Source of the DNA: Vitrella brassicaformis CCMP3155 | Lineage: Eukaryota; Protista; Chromerida | Direction: 5' to 3' | Assembly: GCA_001179505.1 (NCBI GenBank) | Contig: CDMY01000061.1 | Coordinates: 1 to 64,000, forward strand | Length of the DNA stretch: 64,000 nucleotides | Shown: piece after piece, positions 12,001 to 24,050 of the stretch | Layout of the letters: the number at the start of each line of letters is the position of its first letter | How positions within the stretch are numbered: position 1 is the first letter of the stretch | Position numbers and translations under genes: made by a program | The notes under the pieces: model-generated | Database searches by the model: none | Told to the model about the DNA's origin: nothing | The model's input: only the letters and a program-made list of their open reading frames with translations

Positions 12001-15000
12001 GCGCGCAGACACGCACACACCTATGAAGCAAGGATGTTGGTTGGCTGGATTGATGCTGTCTCTTGGCTTACTCATCCTGACTTCCCATTGTGCGCCTTCG
12101 ACTGCGGTGTTGATCAGGATGATCCTGGCATCCGCCTTGGCCTTCGTGACCGACTCGCTGAAGAAGAACTTGATCTCCTTGACGGGAGGCACCGCATTCG
12201 AGCCTTTGGCGGGCTTGTACTCCTCCACGAAGGGAGGTGAGCTGTCTGCCTGTCGGCCGCAGCAGAGACATACAGAATCAATTCGGGTGTGTACACGTGT
12301 ACGTGTGTTCAGGCACATACTTGGCATGTGCCTTCGATACAGAACTCGTTCTCCTCACACTCATTCGACATGATGCACTCAGCTGCACTCATGCACACAC
12401 AGACAAACAAAGAGACCGGGAGGGACGAATGGAAGATATCATAAGACGGGGACGAAGGATGGATGGTACAGTGCTTCCCTGCTTTGTCTGCTTACCGACT
12501 GAGAGAATGCCCAGGTCAGCATCGAAGTCCTCAGGCTGGTTGCAGGGGATCCCGTCGCCACCGTTGTCCTGACCAGCGCACCCACACAGCCGGTTGGTCG
12601 CTGCACGCCCGAATGGTTGGCAGAAGCACGACGCAGCACCACCCCAAAGAGACACACCCAACACACACGAGCATAGACTGAAACGAACGAGCCAATCAGA
12701 CGTGTTTGGTCACCCACGTACCTCCGGGGATCGCGTCGGTGCCGATGTTGATTTTGCAGTTTTCGTCAGTGTCGACGTCGAAGGCGCACGGCAGTGCCTC
12801 GTCGTCGATTGCGTCGGGGTCGAGAGCCACTTCGGCACCGCACTGCTGCTCTATGGCCAATGGCAGCACCTTGAACGCCTCTCCTATTGCCTGAGTGAAT
12901 CAATCAGTCACCCAACATACAAAACAACACAACACACGCATGTGCCATGTGGAGTGTCAGATGTCCACTCATCCATCCATGTACTGACTCACGCTAGATG
13001 CGAGTGCGGGCAGGCTGCAGGCGTCTTGTATGAGGCAGAAGTATGTCTCAGCGCCGGCCTCGACGGCCGTCTCGACGAAGCCCCCGCAGTAGGGGTTCAG
13101 GCCCGTCTGGGGGTCATACAGGCAGTAGGCCAGCACGTTGTCGGTGCAATGCTTGTTCGTGGTGCACTCTTGCGTAACCACGATACCTGATAGATAATCA
13201 ACTCACACACACACGCGGAAGGCGAATGAGTCCCAGCCAAATGGGTCATATTGATAGCCGCAGTCTGTATTCTGTTTGCCCGCGCCTGGCCTGTTTGTAC
13301 GAGTACCTACCGAGTGGCACAGTGAAGTCCTCAGGCCCGTCGCATTTCCTGTTGGAGTCCCCCCGTGCGATGCCGGGGCACCCGCACAGACGGACGCCAT
13401 CTTGGCCTCGGATGGTGGTGTTGCGCCGGAAAGGGACACCCAGGTTGACCTGGCAGCCGTCGGGCTCATCCGCATCGCACGTAAACGTATTCTTCGTGAA
13501 AATCGACTCTGCAAACAGAGCACGCACACACAGAGAAGGCCGCCCGGCGTGATTGACGTGCCGGTCATCCATCCATTCATTGGTTCGCTTCCCCTCTCCG
13601 CATCTTTGTGTGTGCGTATGTTTTGTGTATGCATGTGCGCACCGGAGGCTGTGAGTATCTCGCTGCCACAGTCCGATAGGAAGTCGACGGTCGCCAGCTT
13701 GAAAGTGTCGTCCACCCCGGCGCCCGGCAGGTCAGTCACGTCCATCTGACAAAAGTAGCCGTCGACGCACACCTTGGTGCGGTCGATCCCGGGCTCAAAC
13801 CCAGTGCACTGCCCGTCTCGGCACACGCCATAGCCCTCGAAGCACTCCCCGTCTACCGTGCACTCCCCACCGCCCGTTGTCTGCAACCGACGGGGCGACA
13901 CCACACCGGCGCTGCTCACGAGGGGATGCACGGCGTCGGCGTGCAGCGGGACTGTCGAGGCAGCTTTGACGGTCAGCCTGCCGAGATTGGTAGTGAAATC
14001 CTTGGCCTCGTCACAGTTGTTGACGCCGGCGCATCCACAAATTGTGGCGTCGATGGCGTCGCCGCCCATGACGCCCAGATTGACACCACAATTGATCTCA
14101 TCGGATGAAGCGGATGCGAGACATGGGAACGAGAGGACATGTGGGGAAGATGCTGACGGTTGGGGGCTGCTGGAGAGGGCAGCGGTGCTCTGATTGGCGC
14201 GGTTGAGCTCTGGGCCGATGAGGAATCCCTCCTGTCGCTTGGGGGGAGGGGAGGGCGTCGGCATTGCCATTTCCACAGAGTCTGTGGACGGAATGATGAG
14301 CAACCTGCGGAAGGCAAATGGATGGATGAGTGTTGCGCCATGTCCTCCTTTCCTTGGTGCGCACCGCACCCGTGCCCACCCTGGAGTGTCTGAGTCGCCG
14401 CATCGAGGCTGTGGGCCCCTCATCGGGTCAGGATGGATGATGAGCGTGACTTTATAGTCTGGGTTGATGCCCATGCCTTTGATGCCCCACAGAAAGCACA
14501 TCTCATACGCCTTGCACACGTGCTGCGGCGGCGCCGACAGGCTGGTGGGGGCGAAGCCGTGGGCCTTCAGAGATCCCACAGGGGCCAGAAAGTCTATGGC
14601 CTGATTGCAGGGGATCCCATCACCTGCACAGACACAGACACAGACACATGCATATGTAGCATTCACGTCGAGACATACCTCCTATGTCCACATTTGGGCA
14701 CCCGCACAGGTTGTAAGAGCCCAGCAGATCCGATCTCTCTATCGTCACGTCACAGCTCTTCTCATCCCTGGGCAGGCATGCCGCCGTGGCCACGGCCGCC
14801 CTCTCGCTCGCGCCGCAGGGCTGGTCGTCAGCGCGCACCTCGAGACGGTAGCTTTCCGCAGGGTTCTTGTCAAAGTGCCCCGGGATGCCACGCACAACGC
14901 CTCCGGGGCCTGTCCCACATTTGTACGTGGAATGACCCGACCCAGCAAAACCTGACACACACACACGGGCGCCGTACTCCGGTGTGCCCCTCGCCAGGCC

Positions 15001-15334
15001 ACACGGCCCACGCATCAATCAGATCTCACCCGTGCATTTGCCGTTGAGGCATGTGCGTCCCTTGCCGCATTGTCGGTCCGTTTGGCATGCACGCAGCTCA
15101 GCAAGTGCGCCCTCGTCCGGCAGCTTCCTGTGTTTGTGCGCAAGGACCTCCGAGTTGGACACATCCTGGACCGCCACTACCTGCATCAACTCACGCAAAC
15201 CATTGAGATCTCAATGCGTCTCAATGGCTCTTTTCCTTCATTCGCCAATTCGCCATTCGTACCGTGTCATCAGGGAATGCGCCCGCCGCGAGGAAGACAA
15301 GGACGGCCGCCACGAGTATGAATGCAGTCCTCAT
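3053..15334 (-). CDS. giant multi-exon type I transmembrane adhesin/receptor-like protein (signal peptide; Cys-rich CGC modules; 2 SbsA/Big-like Ig domains; ~12 Sushi/CCP-like domains; 6 CxDG..DCGG repeats; Cys-rich helical region; LNR; SEA-like; TM; cytoplasmic tail)
   Basis: Exon 1 15263-15334 encodes MRTAFILVAAVLVFLAAGAFPDDT (signal peptide) followed by a GT donor. More than 30 GT-AG-bounded exons of extracellular Cys-rich modules run without a gene-sized gap down to the last large exon containing Sushi repeats, the hydrophobic WAIVIICLVGTGFLVFLMTSPILY (~3690-3765), a basic stop-transfer stretch and a Ser/Gln/Tyr-rich tail ending at TGA 3053-3055. A single signal peptide and a single TM suggest one gene, but a split into two genes cannot be excluded. 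Confidence 0.8.
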
Positions 15335-15490
15335 CTTTCGTTGGTGTGCGCCAGGAACATGTGAAGGGTTGTCGTGTGATCCCTTTAGGTCGACGGTGGC
15401 GCGTCGGCGGGAAAGGGAGGGAGGGAAAGGTGAGACGGCCCCCACGTTCGCGAGCTCTAGCTCGCAACAGTGCAAAAAGGCCGTGCAAAC
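15335..15490. promoter_or_regulatory. putative bidirectional promoter/5'UTRs (adhesin <- -> kinesin)
   Basis: Only 156 bp separate divergent start codons at 15334 (-) and 15491 (+). Confidence 0.6.
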
Positions 15491-17331
15491 ATGTCGGACC
15501 GCAACGTCCGCGTCATCTGCCGCATCCGGCCGATGAACGAGAAGGAACTCAAGAGCGGAGGCCGCTGCTGTGTGTCAGTGGCACCGCCTCAGACCGTCTC
15601 AGTAGTCGCAGCCAATGAAAGGGCGTCAGCGGACGACCGCACATTCATATTCGACAGAGCGTTCAGCGAGAACTCGACGCAACAGGAGCTCTTCGAGGTG
15701 GCGGCCAAGCCAGTCGTCGACTCGGTGCTTGAGGGCTTCAATGGCACTGTGTTCGCGTATGGGCAGACATCATCAGGTACGATGGTCGTATGGGTGAGGC
15801 CACTGCACTGCGCTATTGTGTGTGTTGCCCTGCATGAATGCATTCAATGCATTGCAGGCAAGACACACACGATGGAAGGCGTGGCTGACGACACTGAGCT
15901 GCGGGGGATCATCCCGCGTATGGTGCAGCACGTCTTCGACGTAGTCGGTGCTGCTGACAAACACATCCAGTACACACTCAAGGTACATCAAACGACATCA
16001 TGACCAAACGATGAGCGCACACACAGACATCCTGAACCAGAAGTGGCCCCCCCTCCCTCTCTCTCTAGGTGTCGATCTTCGAAATCTATATGGAGAAAGT
16101 GCGCGACCTGCTCACCGCCGCCACCAGCGGCATACCCGACATCCGCATTTCCGAAGAAGGCAAGGGCAAAGGCATTGTCCTCAAGGGGCTGTCGGAGCAT
16201 GCCGTGGCCACGGGGGAAGAGGTGTGGGCGCTCATGGTGCGCGGGAGAGAGAACCGCTCTGTCGCAGTCACCAACATGAACGCGCATTCGTCGCGCAGTC
16301 ATATGCTCTTCTGCCTCACTGTCCACAAGAGGGACATCAGAGAGTTCAAATCGTCGGTAAGCACAGCACAGCACCCAAGACGGGAAGGGCAGCACGGCGG
16401 GGGCAGCAACCGAACCGTCCTGTATGCATATGTGCGTTTGTTCGTTTGTGTGGGTTGGGTGTGTGTCAGGTTGGCAAGCTGTATTTGGTCGATCTGGCCG
16501 GCAGCGAGAGGGTCCAGAAGAGCGGCGCAGAGGGAACCACCCTCGACGAGGCAAAGAAGATCAACCTCTCCCTTCTCACACTTGGTACGCCCTGTATGCG
16601 CCACCACCATCACCACCTCTGCCTCATTCTCTGCCTTTGGTGCATTAGCCAACCAGGCAACGTGATCAACGCCCTGACGGACGCCTCTTCCCGGCACGTG
16701 CCCTACCGCGACAGCAAGCTCACTCGAGTGCTGCAGGACTCATTGGGCGGCAACGCCAAGACGACCCTCATCATCACCGCCAGCCCCTCCACCTACAACG
16801 AAGCTGAGACCCTCAGCACACTGCGGTTTGGCCAGCGGGCCAGGGCCATCAAGAACGACGCACGCGTCAATCAGGAGTACACAGTGGAGGAACTCAAGGC
16901 CCTCCTGGTGAGTGAGAGAGAGAGAGAGAAAGCGAGCATCCGCTTTATACGCCTGCAAGCCCATGAGCATAATGCACCCCCATGAATGCGTGTGTGTGTG
17001 TGTGCAGGCCAAGGCAGAGAAGACGATAGCGAGGCAGGCCCGCGAGATTGAGGAGCTGGAGCGGCTGGTCAAGCGTCTGGGCGGCACCAAGCGGCTGTCG
17101 CAGGTGCGCGACGCCGTCGCCATGGCCACAGCCGACAGCGACACGAGCGAAGACGGTGCCACCAAGGCCACACGCCACGCCGCCGTTGCTGCTGGTGGTG
17201 GGAAGGGGACGGGTATGCGGTGGTACCAGCGATTGTGGCTGTGTCCGCCCTTCGCGCCCCTGAGCACCAAGAGGGACGAGCTGCGGGTGGTGCCTGTCAC
17301 CAGCGACGCCAGCTCATACACGGCCGAGTAG
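15491..17331 (+). CDS. kinesin-1 (kinesin heavy chain)-type motor with very short stalk/tail, 6 exons
   Basis: [18 protein letters not shown]-loop FAYGQTSSG|KT (the GQTSSGKT form typical of kinesin-1), [11 protein letters not shown], switch I NAHSSRSH, switch [33 protein letters not shown], neck [19 protein letters not shown], stop TAG at 17329-17331. Confidence 0.95.
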
Positions 17332-17799
17332 AGTGAGTAGGTGGGAGTGTGTACGTGAGTGCGTTCGTGTGGGATTTGCTGAAGGAGAGGTTCATCGAAG
17401 GAGAGGTTTATCGTACCTACCTGGTCTGATTGATTGATTGCACGCCGAGAGGCAGGTGTAGCGTTGCGCTGTCTGCAGTTTTTTTCAAAGTGGTCTTTCA
17501 TTAGAAAGCTCATCTTCACTCGCAGGTGTAGTTAGATGCATGCTGGGTGGGTGGCCGCGCCTGGCTTCCCACGTCTCTCTATGTCTACATATGTTACCGT
17601 ATGGCGGTATGGTGACAATCTGGTGTGGTGTGTGTACTGGTTCCGGGAAGGTGTGCTGCATGAAGGCTTTCATTCGTGTGTGCGCGAACTTGCCTTTGTT
17701 CTTTCCGTTGACTGACTAGTGCCATTCGTTCCCACATACATACGATTGTCAACCAGCGTCCCTCCCCCTGTTTCCTTCTTCCTTCCCTGGCCCATTCCA

Positions 17800-20700
17800 T
17801 TTCCTCACACACGTGTGAGCCCTTCGCAATCAGTCAATCAGTCAATGAAGCGACCAATCTGCGCAGTGAGTGATACTAGCGTCCCGCACCAACAGACAAA
17901 ACCCTTCACACACACACATGCGCCCCGCCCCTCGTCTCTCCCTCTCTGTCGTGCGCTCCGTTGATTCTCGATAAGCGAGTGGGTCGAAAAAGATTTAAAG
18001 AGTTGTGGGAATCGTCTCTCTGTCAGTGCTTGAGCCACTCTTAGCGTCCGATCGGGTCGAAACGGATCGGCACATCCCTGAGTGACTCACTCACTCACGC
18101 ACTGACGTCTCTCTCTCTCTCTCTCTCACTGTTTCCGTCTCTCTGTCCGTCCGTATAGAGAAATAGAAAGATGGACACGGGTGGGGCTGATGGAAGGGAT
18201 GGGTGCATTCGCATATAGACACACACACACAGTCAGGCAGATAGATAGATAGATAGATGAGATGCACACAAGTACTTAGGCAGCCAGCCCAGCCAGGCTA
18301 ACAGACTGACACAGATGAAGGAAGGAAGGATGCACGCACGCACACGCACGGATGGATCGACCAACCCTCAAACACACACACACACATACACATACACATC
18401 CACACACACAGCCAGTCAGCCACCCACATGCATAGGAATCACCCAACTAACCGTCAGGCAGCAAGAGAGACAGACGGACAGGGGGCTGGGCTGCAGACAA
18501 CGTATGTCGTTAATTATGTCAAGGCCTCCCACTCAAGAGAATGTGTCGTGGGGGGGCTTGATTGAGAACATACAACACACACAGATAGACAGACTAGATG
18601 AAATGAGGTGAGGTGAGGTGAGATGGTCAGACACTCGCATGATGTATGTGTGTGTATGCCCGTACCCGTACGCACATATGCACGGTCACAGCACACCTGC
18701 CTCCCTGCCTCCCTGCCCGCCTGCCTGTCAGCATTCATTCCATCGACCTTTCTGCAATCAGTCCGCACTGTCTGTCTGTTCCCTTCCTTAAGTGTCTGGC
18801 CACCAAACAGACATCAGAACCACACGCCATACACGTGCTTAATACCTCTCTCTCGCCCCCGGCCCACACGCACACACACGCACACGCACCTATCAAGTAC
18901 GTACGTACGTATTATATAGATGGGGTATACAAATACGAAATGAAATGAATAGGTCCTGTCCTTCACCCGGGCAGGCAGACGGGCAGGCAGCCAGGCGGCT
19001 TACAAAGGCAGTTGATTCGCAGCCAGGCTGCTTACAGGAGCCATATAGAGAAAGAGAGGAAGGGATAAATAGCTACCTACCTACATATATATGTAGTGTA
19101 GAGAGAGCGAGAGACACACATGTATGTAAGTACACAATCTATAGAGCGCACACACAGACATGCACATGCACATGCAGTGCAATACAGACACGTACAACAC
19201 ACACACACACGAAAGGGTTAGGACGAGGTCTTATGGGCTATTACTAGCTAGCTATACCGGGACCCCGCCACTACACGCACCTGACTGGAAATAGGCAGAC
19301 AGATAGGCGGGGCGGGATGGATGGATGGACGGACGGAGGGGTGGGCGACTCGCCTTGTCGGCCAGCCATCGACCCGACACACAGACAGACAGACAGACAG
19401 TACACAACACGCGTCACGAGTCAGTCGTCAGGGATTGCGTGGATAATGGGCTGAATGCAGGTACGCATGTTTGAGTGTGGCGTGGATGGATGGATGGATG
19501 GCATGTATCGGGAAAATGGATAAAGAGTTCCGTAAACACACACCTACCATACACACACACCCCTGCCTCTCTCCGTGAGTGAGTGAACCAAAGACCGTAT
19601 GGACCAACCAACCAACCAAAGAACCAACCAACCAAAACCCGACACTTCATCCATCGCCTTTCTTCTTTCTTCATAACAACCTCGAATCGATATCCATCCC
19701 CCGCCAGGCCAGGCCACACCTGCCCTGCCCTGTCCTGCTCGCCTCCATTCTGATGCGAGCGAGGCATGCATGCTTCGCGCGAGAAGGATCGATACATTGG
19801 GTATATATATACTGAAGGTACATAGGATCAATTGCATCTCGCGCTCTCTCTCTCTCTGGCTGCCGGCCGGCCGGCTGGCCGTCTGACTGACTGACACACC
19901 ACAGCCGAGTGAGCTGAGAGCTGAGCGAGTCGAGATGACGGTAAAGCGTTGCTTGGAGTTATTGACCATCCCTCCCCTCCCTCCCCTCCCATCCAGTCCA
20001 CCAAGAGGGAAGCGACTGACTAAAGTAGACAGAGAGACGAGCCAGCCCTCGCCCGTCACCCCCCGTACGCACAGCTCACACACACGACACGATGGACGCA
20101 GACGAATGAACGAAGGGATTAATGTATGTAATGGCGGGGATCGTTGAATGAGTCAAGAATGAAATGTATCCATGAAAAGACCGACCCGACCCGACCAGCT
20201 ATCTACTGCATTGCGTAGGTAGGTGCAAGCCAAGCAAGTAGGCAAGTGTGTCGTGTCCTGTCCATCCGCACACCCACCCCACGCCATGGACCCAAACATG
20301 CACATATATCGGACATGAAGCCAATATGCCCCTCCCACCCCACCCCACCCCACCCCAAGCACGTCCCGCATCTCTCTTTCTCCCCGTCTGTGGACAGACG
20401 GGTCAGTCGGTGCATTCAGTCAACGCATTGCATGCCACGCAAGGAAAGGACAGTCGCCAGCAGCCCGTCCCGCTATGAATGAATGGATGGCCAAGCAAGC
20501 GAAGACCGACGCGAGAAGCCCGGTCCGCCCGTCATCCCCCACCAGACAAGTAGACAAGTGACAGACACCACAGGATGCCCGCCTCCCTCAGCTAAATAGA
20601 GACCGATAGATACACCGGCCCTTCCCTCCCTCCCTCCCTCTGCGTGCTGTCTGCCAATTTCATAAATTCCTCGCCGACCGACCGACCGCATCTCTGTCGC

Positions 20701-23139
20701 ATGTGTGTGTGTGTCTAGGTACTTCCTTCCTGTGTAGGTAGGTACTGAGTGGTGTGTAATGAAATGTAATTAATGCATGTAGGGTCATGACCTGTGGCAT
20801 GGTGGGTGCATAATTCTCCAGCTGCGTATGGTATGGATGGAAGGCCTAAAAACCGAGCAGAGCAAGCGACTGATGAGAGTACACACACACACCTAGCTGC
20901 CTGCCTGTCTTTCTCCCTCCCTCCCTCCCTCCCTGCCTGTGTGCTTAGCCGCCCGGCCCGCATCATGTGCCCGTGTGCTATCTGCCCGCCCTGTATGTGT
21001 CGGCTACATCGCTGTGTGTGTGTGTGCACGTAGGTAGAATTGCCCTCACCTTTGTGAGGGATACATCTGTGTGCGTATGTATGTGGATGTCCGCGTTGGC
21101 CCAGAGAGAGCGAGAGGGTGGGCGGAGAGGCAGTGGGTCGCAGAAACCATACATGCTACAGACAGCAAGTGAACGAACGGCAGCAGGCCCAGCCAGCACA
21201 ATGAAAAAGCACAGAGACCGACCGACCGACCTGACCGACCGAGTGGGCAAAAGCTGTCTGTGTGTGGCGGTGCTGTGCGATGGATGGCAAGTGAACAGAG
21301 GGATGGATGGCTGTGTGGCAGACACGGCACGTAAGCCTTATTTATTTACCAGCAGAAAGTAAGTGATTCATAGGCAGGCCGAACAGCAAAAAACAGAAAA
21401 CAACACAGACCGCAAGCGCATTGCATTCTTGGGTGGCCATGCGTGTGTGTGTGTGTGTGTACGGGTGAGTGGGTATGCACTGCATGTCGTGCGTGGCATA
21501 TGCATGGCATGTCGTGCGAGCATGAATCAATAATCAACATGTGTCTTCTGTGCGCGGTGCGTGGCGGAAAGAAAAACCGTGTACACACAAAACACACAAA
21601 CCAAGATACATATGTCTCTGTCCCTCTCTGCAGTTAACTAACGGACCCCCCCCCTCCCATTCCCCCACCCACCCACGCCATGACGCACGCACTTGAGTGC
21701 ACAGAGGGGTGACCGACAAGGTGAGGTCAGGTGAGCGATGGATGGATGGATGGATGGTGGAAAGAAGGCAAAAGACCTCGACCGACCGACCGACCGATCA
21801 AAAGAAAGCATGGAAACCACACATGCACACACACGCGCAGCGCAGCGCAGCGCAGCGCAGCGCACAGGACCGCACCGACTGACTGAAACAAACAGAAAAC
21901 AAACATGACCGACACACATGAATGAATGACATCAGCAGGAAGGCAGTGAGTCAAATGCGTTCAAAAAGACTATAAGACGAAAACCGTGCAATAAACAAAC
22001 AACAAGCAGACAGACAGACCTCAGGCAGACAAACAGGCAGGCAGGCAGGCAGGCGGTGCTCGCCTCGTCTGCCCGACTGGCTGGCTGGCTGATAGGTCAA
22101 TCAACAGGTTCACAAAAACTGCGGAGCGGCGCTCGTGACCAAAGACAGACAGACAGACAGACAGCCATCCATCGATCCAATCAGTCTACCAACCAACCAA
22201 AAGATAAGACAACAAGACGACGAGACGACAGCATCCATCATCAGACAGGCACATGATGCAGCCAGCAAGACAACACACAAACACGACACACCGTTGATGT
22301 GTGTGTACTTGAAAGAAAGCAAGACAGCGAGGGACGGACACCGAGCGACTGACCGACCGACCGACCGACCCAGCAGGTGACTGAGGCAAGAGCCAGTAAG
22401 TGTCACTGAGTGAGAGACACTACAAAAACAAAGCAAGGCGACGAGACAGACGCAGCAAGCCAGAAGGCGGGCGGGTCGGTTGGGCGGGCTGGGGGTGCGG
22501 TGTTTTGAGCCAGATGGATGGATGGATGGATGGGCACCAGCCAAGTAAGTCGATGGATCGATGAGATGAGATGAGATGGGATTGTGTCAGGTATGAGCAA
22601 GTGACAGACAGAGGCGACTCTCCCTTGTGGAGGGGTGTGTGTGTGTGCGTGTGCGTGTGTGTGGCCACCACAAGGATATCTCTTCACTCACTCAGTGTCA
22701 GGTCAGTCAGGAAGCCGCTATACATCCCGCCCTGCCGCCCTGCCTGCCCAGCAAGCGCCTCACTCAGGCCACCACAGCAAAACCACCGACCGGCATTCAT
22801 CCCTGCATTCATCGAGCAATCGATGAGACAGTAGATAGATAGACATTCCCCGTCCGTTCGTCCGTCCATTTTGCTTCTTCTCATTCATCGTCTCGTTAAC
22901 TCCTCTCTCTACGTGTCTTTGAGCACCACACACATGAATGCATGCAGCACACACCACTCAGCACATCCAGCTGGGTACAGCCTTGATGGGGGGCCCCTCA
23001 CCTCTCCTGAGCAGCCCCCCAACAAGGGCAAACAACAGCGACATGGTCCAGCAGCAGCACACCCACACCCACACGTCCTTGAGCAAGTCTTCCTGCTGTC
23101 TGTCTGTCAAATCACGAGCGAGCAAAGAGCGACCCGACG

Positions 23140-23175
<36 letters not shown>

Positions 23176-24050
23176 AGGGGACAGAAAGCAATCGGTCGAT
23201 TGACCGACAGAAGACGTATGCACGCACGAACGGAGCACCCAGCACGCACCCATCCATCCATCGGTCCACGAACGCATCGCATCAAGTGTGGTGTGGTGTG
23301 GTGAGTGGTGGCACGCATGAGCAAGTAGGAATTAGAGTGTACGAAACGCACGGTTACGTAAGTAATGCGTGTGATGTGATGTGGGTTGGTTGGTTGGAGT
23401 GCCTGATTCACAGTGGGGTGACTGCTGGCGGGCGGGCGGGCGGGCTGACTTACTGCATGCACCCACCACATCCATCCATCCATCAAAGCAGAGTGGAGCG
23501 GGGCGAGGGGAAACTGGAGGCAGGGGCAACTAGGGAGTGAGGGCAAGGGGGAGCAAGCAACCAAGACGGGACGGGCAGACAGGAGGGCACACACACCCGC
23601 ACAGCACACACACGGAAAGCAGCGAAAGCCGACCGACAGACAGAGGACCAAAGGCACACACGACGCTCCTCAACTCATTCAGAGGCACTCTCTCACTCTC
23701 ACACGTGTGAGGCCGCCCACTGGCTAGATTTAGTAAGTAGCAAGTCAGTTAGAATCACCAGAACCACCCACCGCACAGCATTCAATCACCCCTGACAGGC
23801 AGACAGACAGACACCCACACGATGGCAAAATGATAGCAACATTGCAACCACACACAACACAACACACCAAAGCAAAGAGAACGCAGTGAGTGAGGCAGGC
23901 AGGCAGGCAGTGACCTTCCTTCTGCAGGAACCAAACCGTCCCTGCAGGTAATGCGCTTGACGGCACCTTCAGGCCACCCGACCAGCCGACACATCACGAC
24001 AAACAACCTGCACACACGCACATATTGACATACACACACAATGACGGCAG
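17800..24050. repeat. long mosaic of simple-sequence repeats with no recognisable coding exon
   Basis: Dense (CA)n, (GACA)n, (GGAT)n, (GACC)n, (GATA)n, (GCAGC)n, (GGCA)n and (CT)n tracts; the ORFs listed here are translations of microsatellites. Confidence 0.75.

Noticed and set aside
7360-15100. Tandem Cys-rich repeats as a CRISPR-like or mobile-element array
   Set aside because: The repeats are conserved at protein level only, interrupted by spliceosomal introns, and lack identical DNA repeats, terminal inverted repeats or transposase/RT motifs.
3053-15334. Assignment to apicomplexan CRMP or TRAP families
   Set aside because: It has a single TM rather than the multipass CRMP region, and no vWA/TSP1 domains or TRAP-type acidic Trp tail were seen.
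18045-18075. Short hairpin CCGATC...GATCGG, possible structured ncRNA
   Set aside because: The stem is only 6-7 bp, and no tRNA, snoRNA box or snRNA features are recognisable around it.
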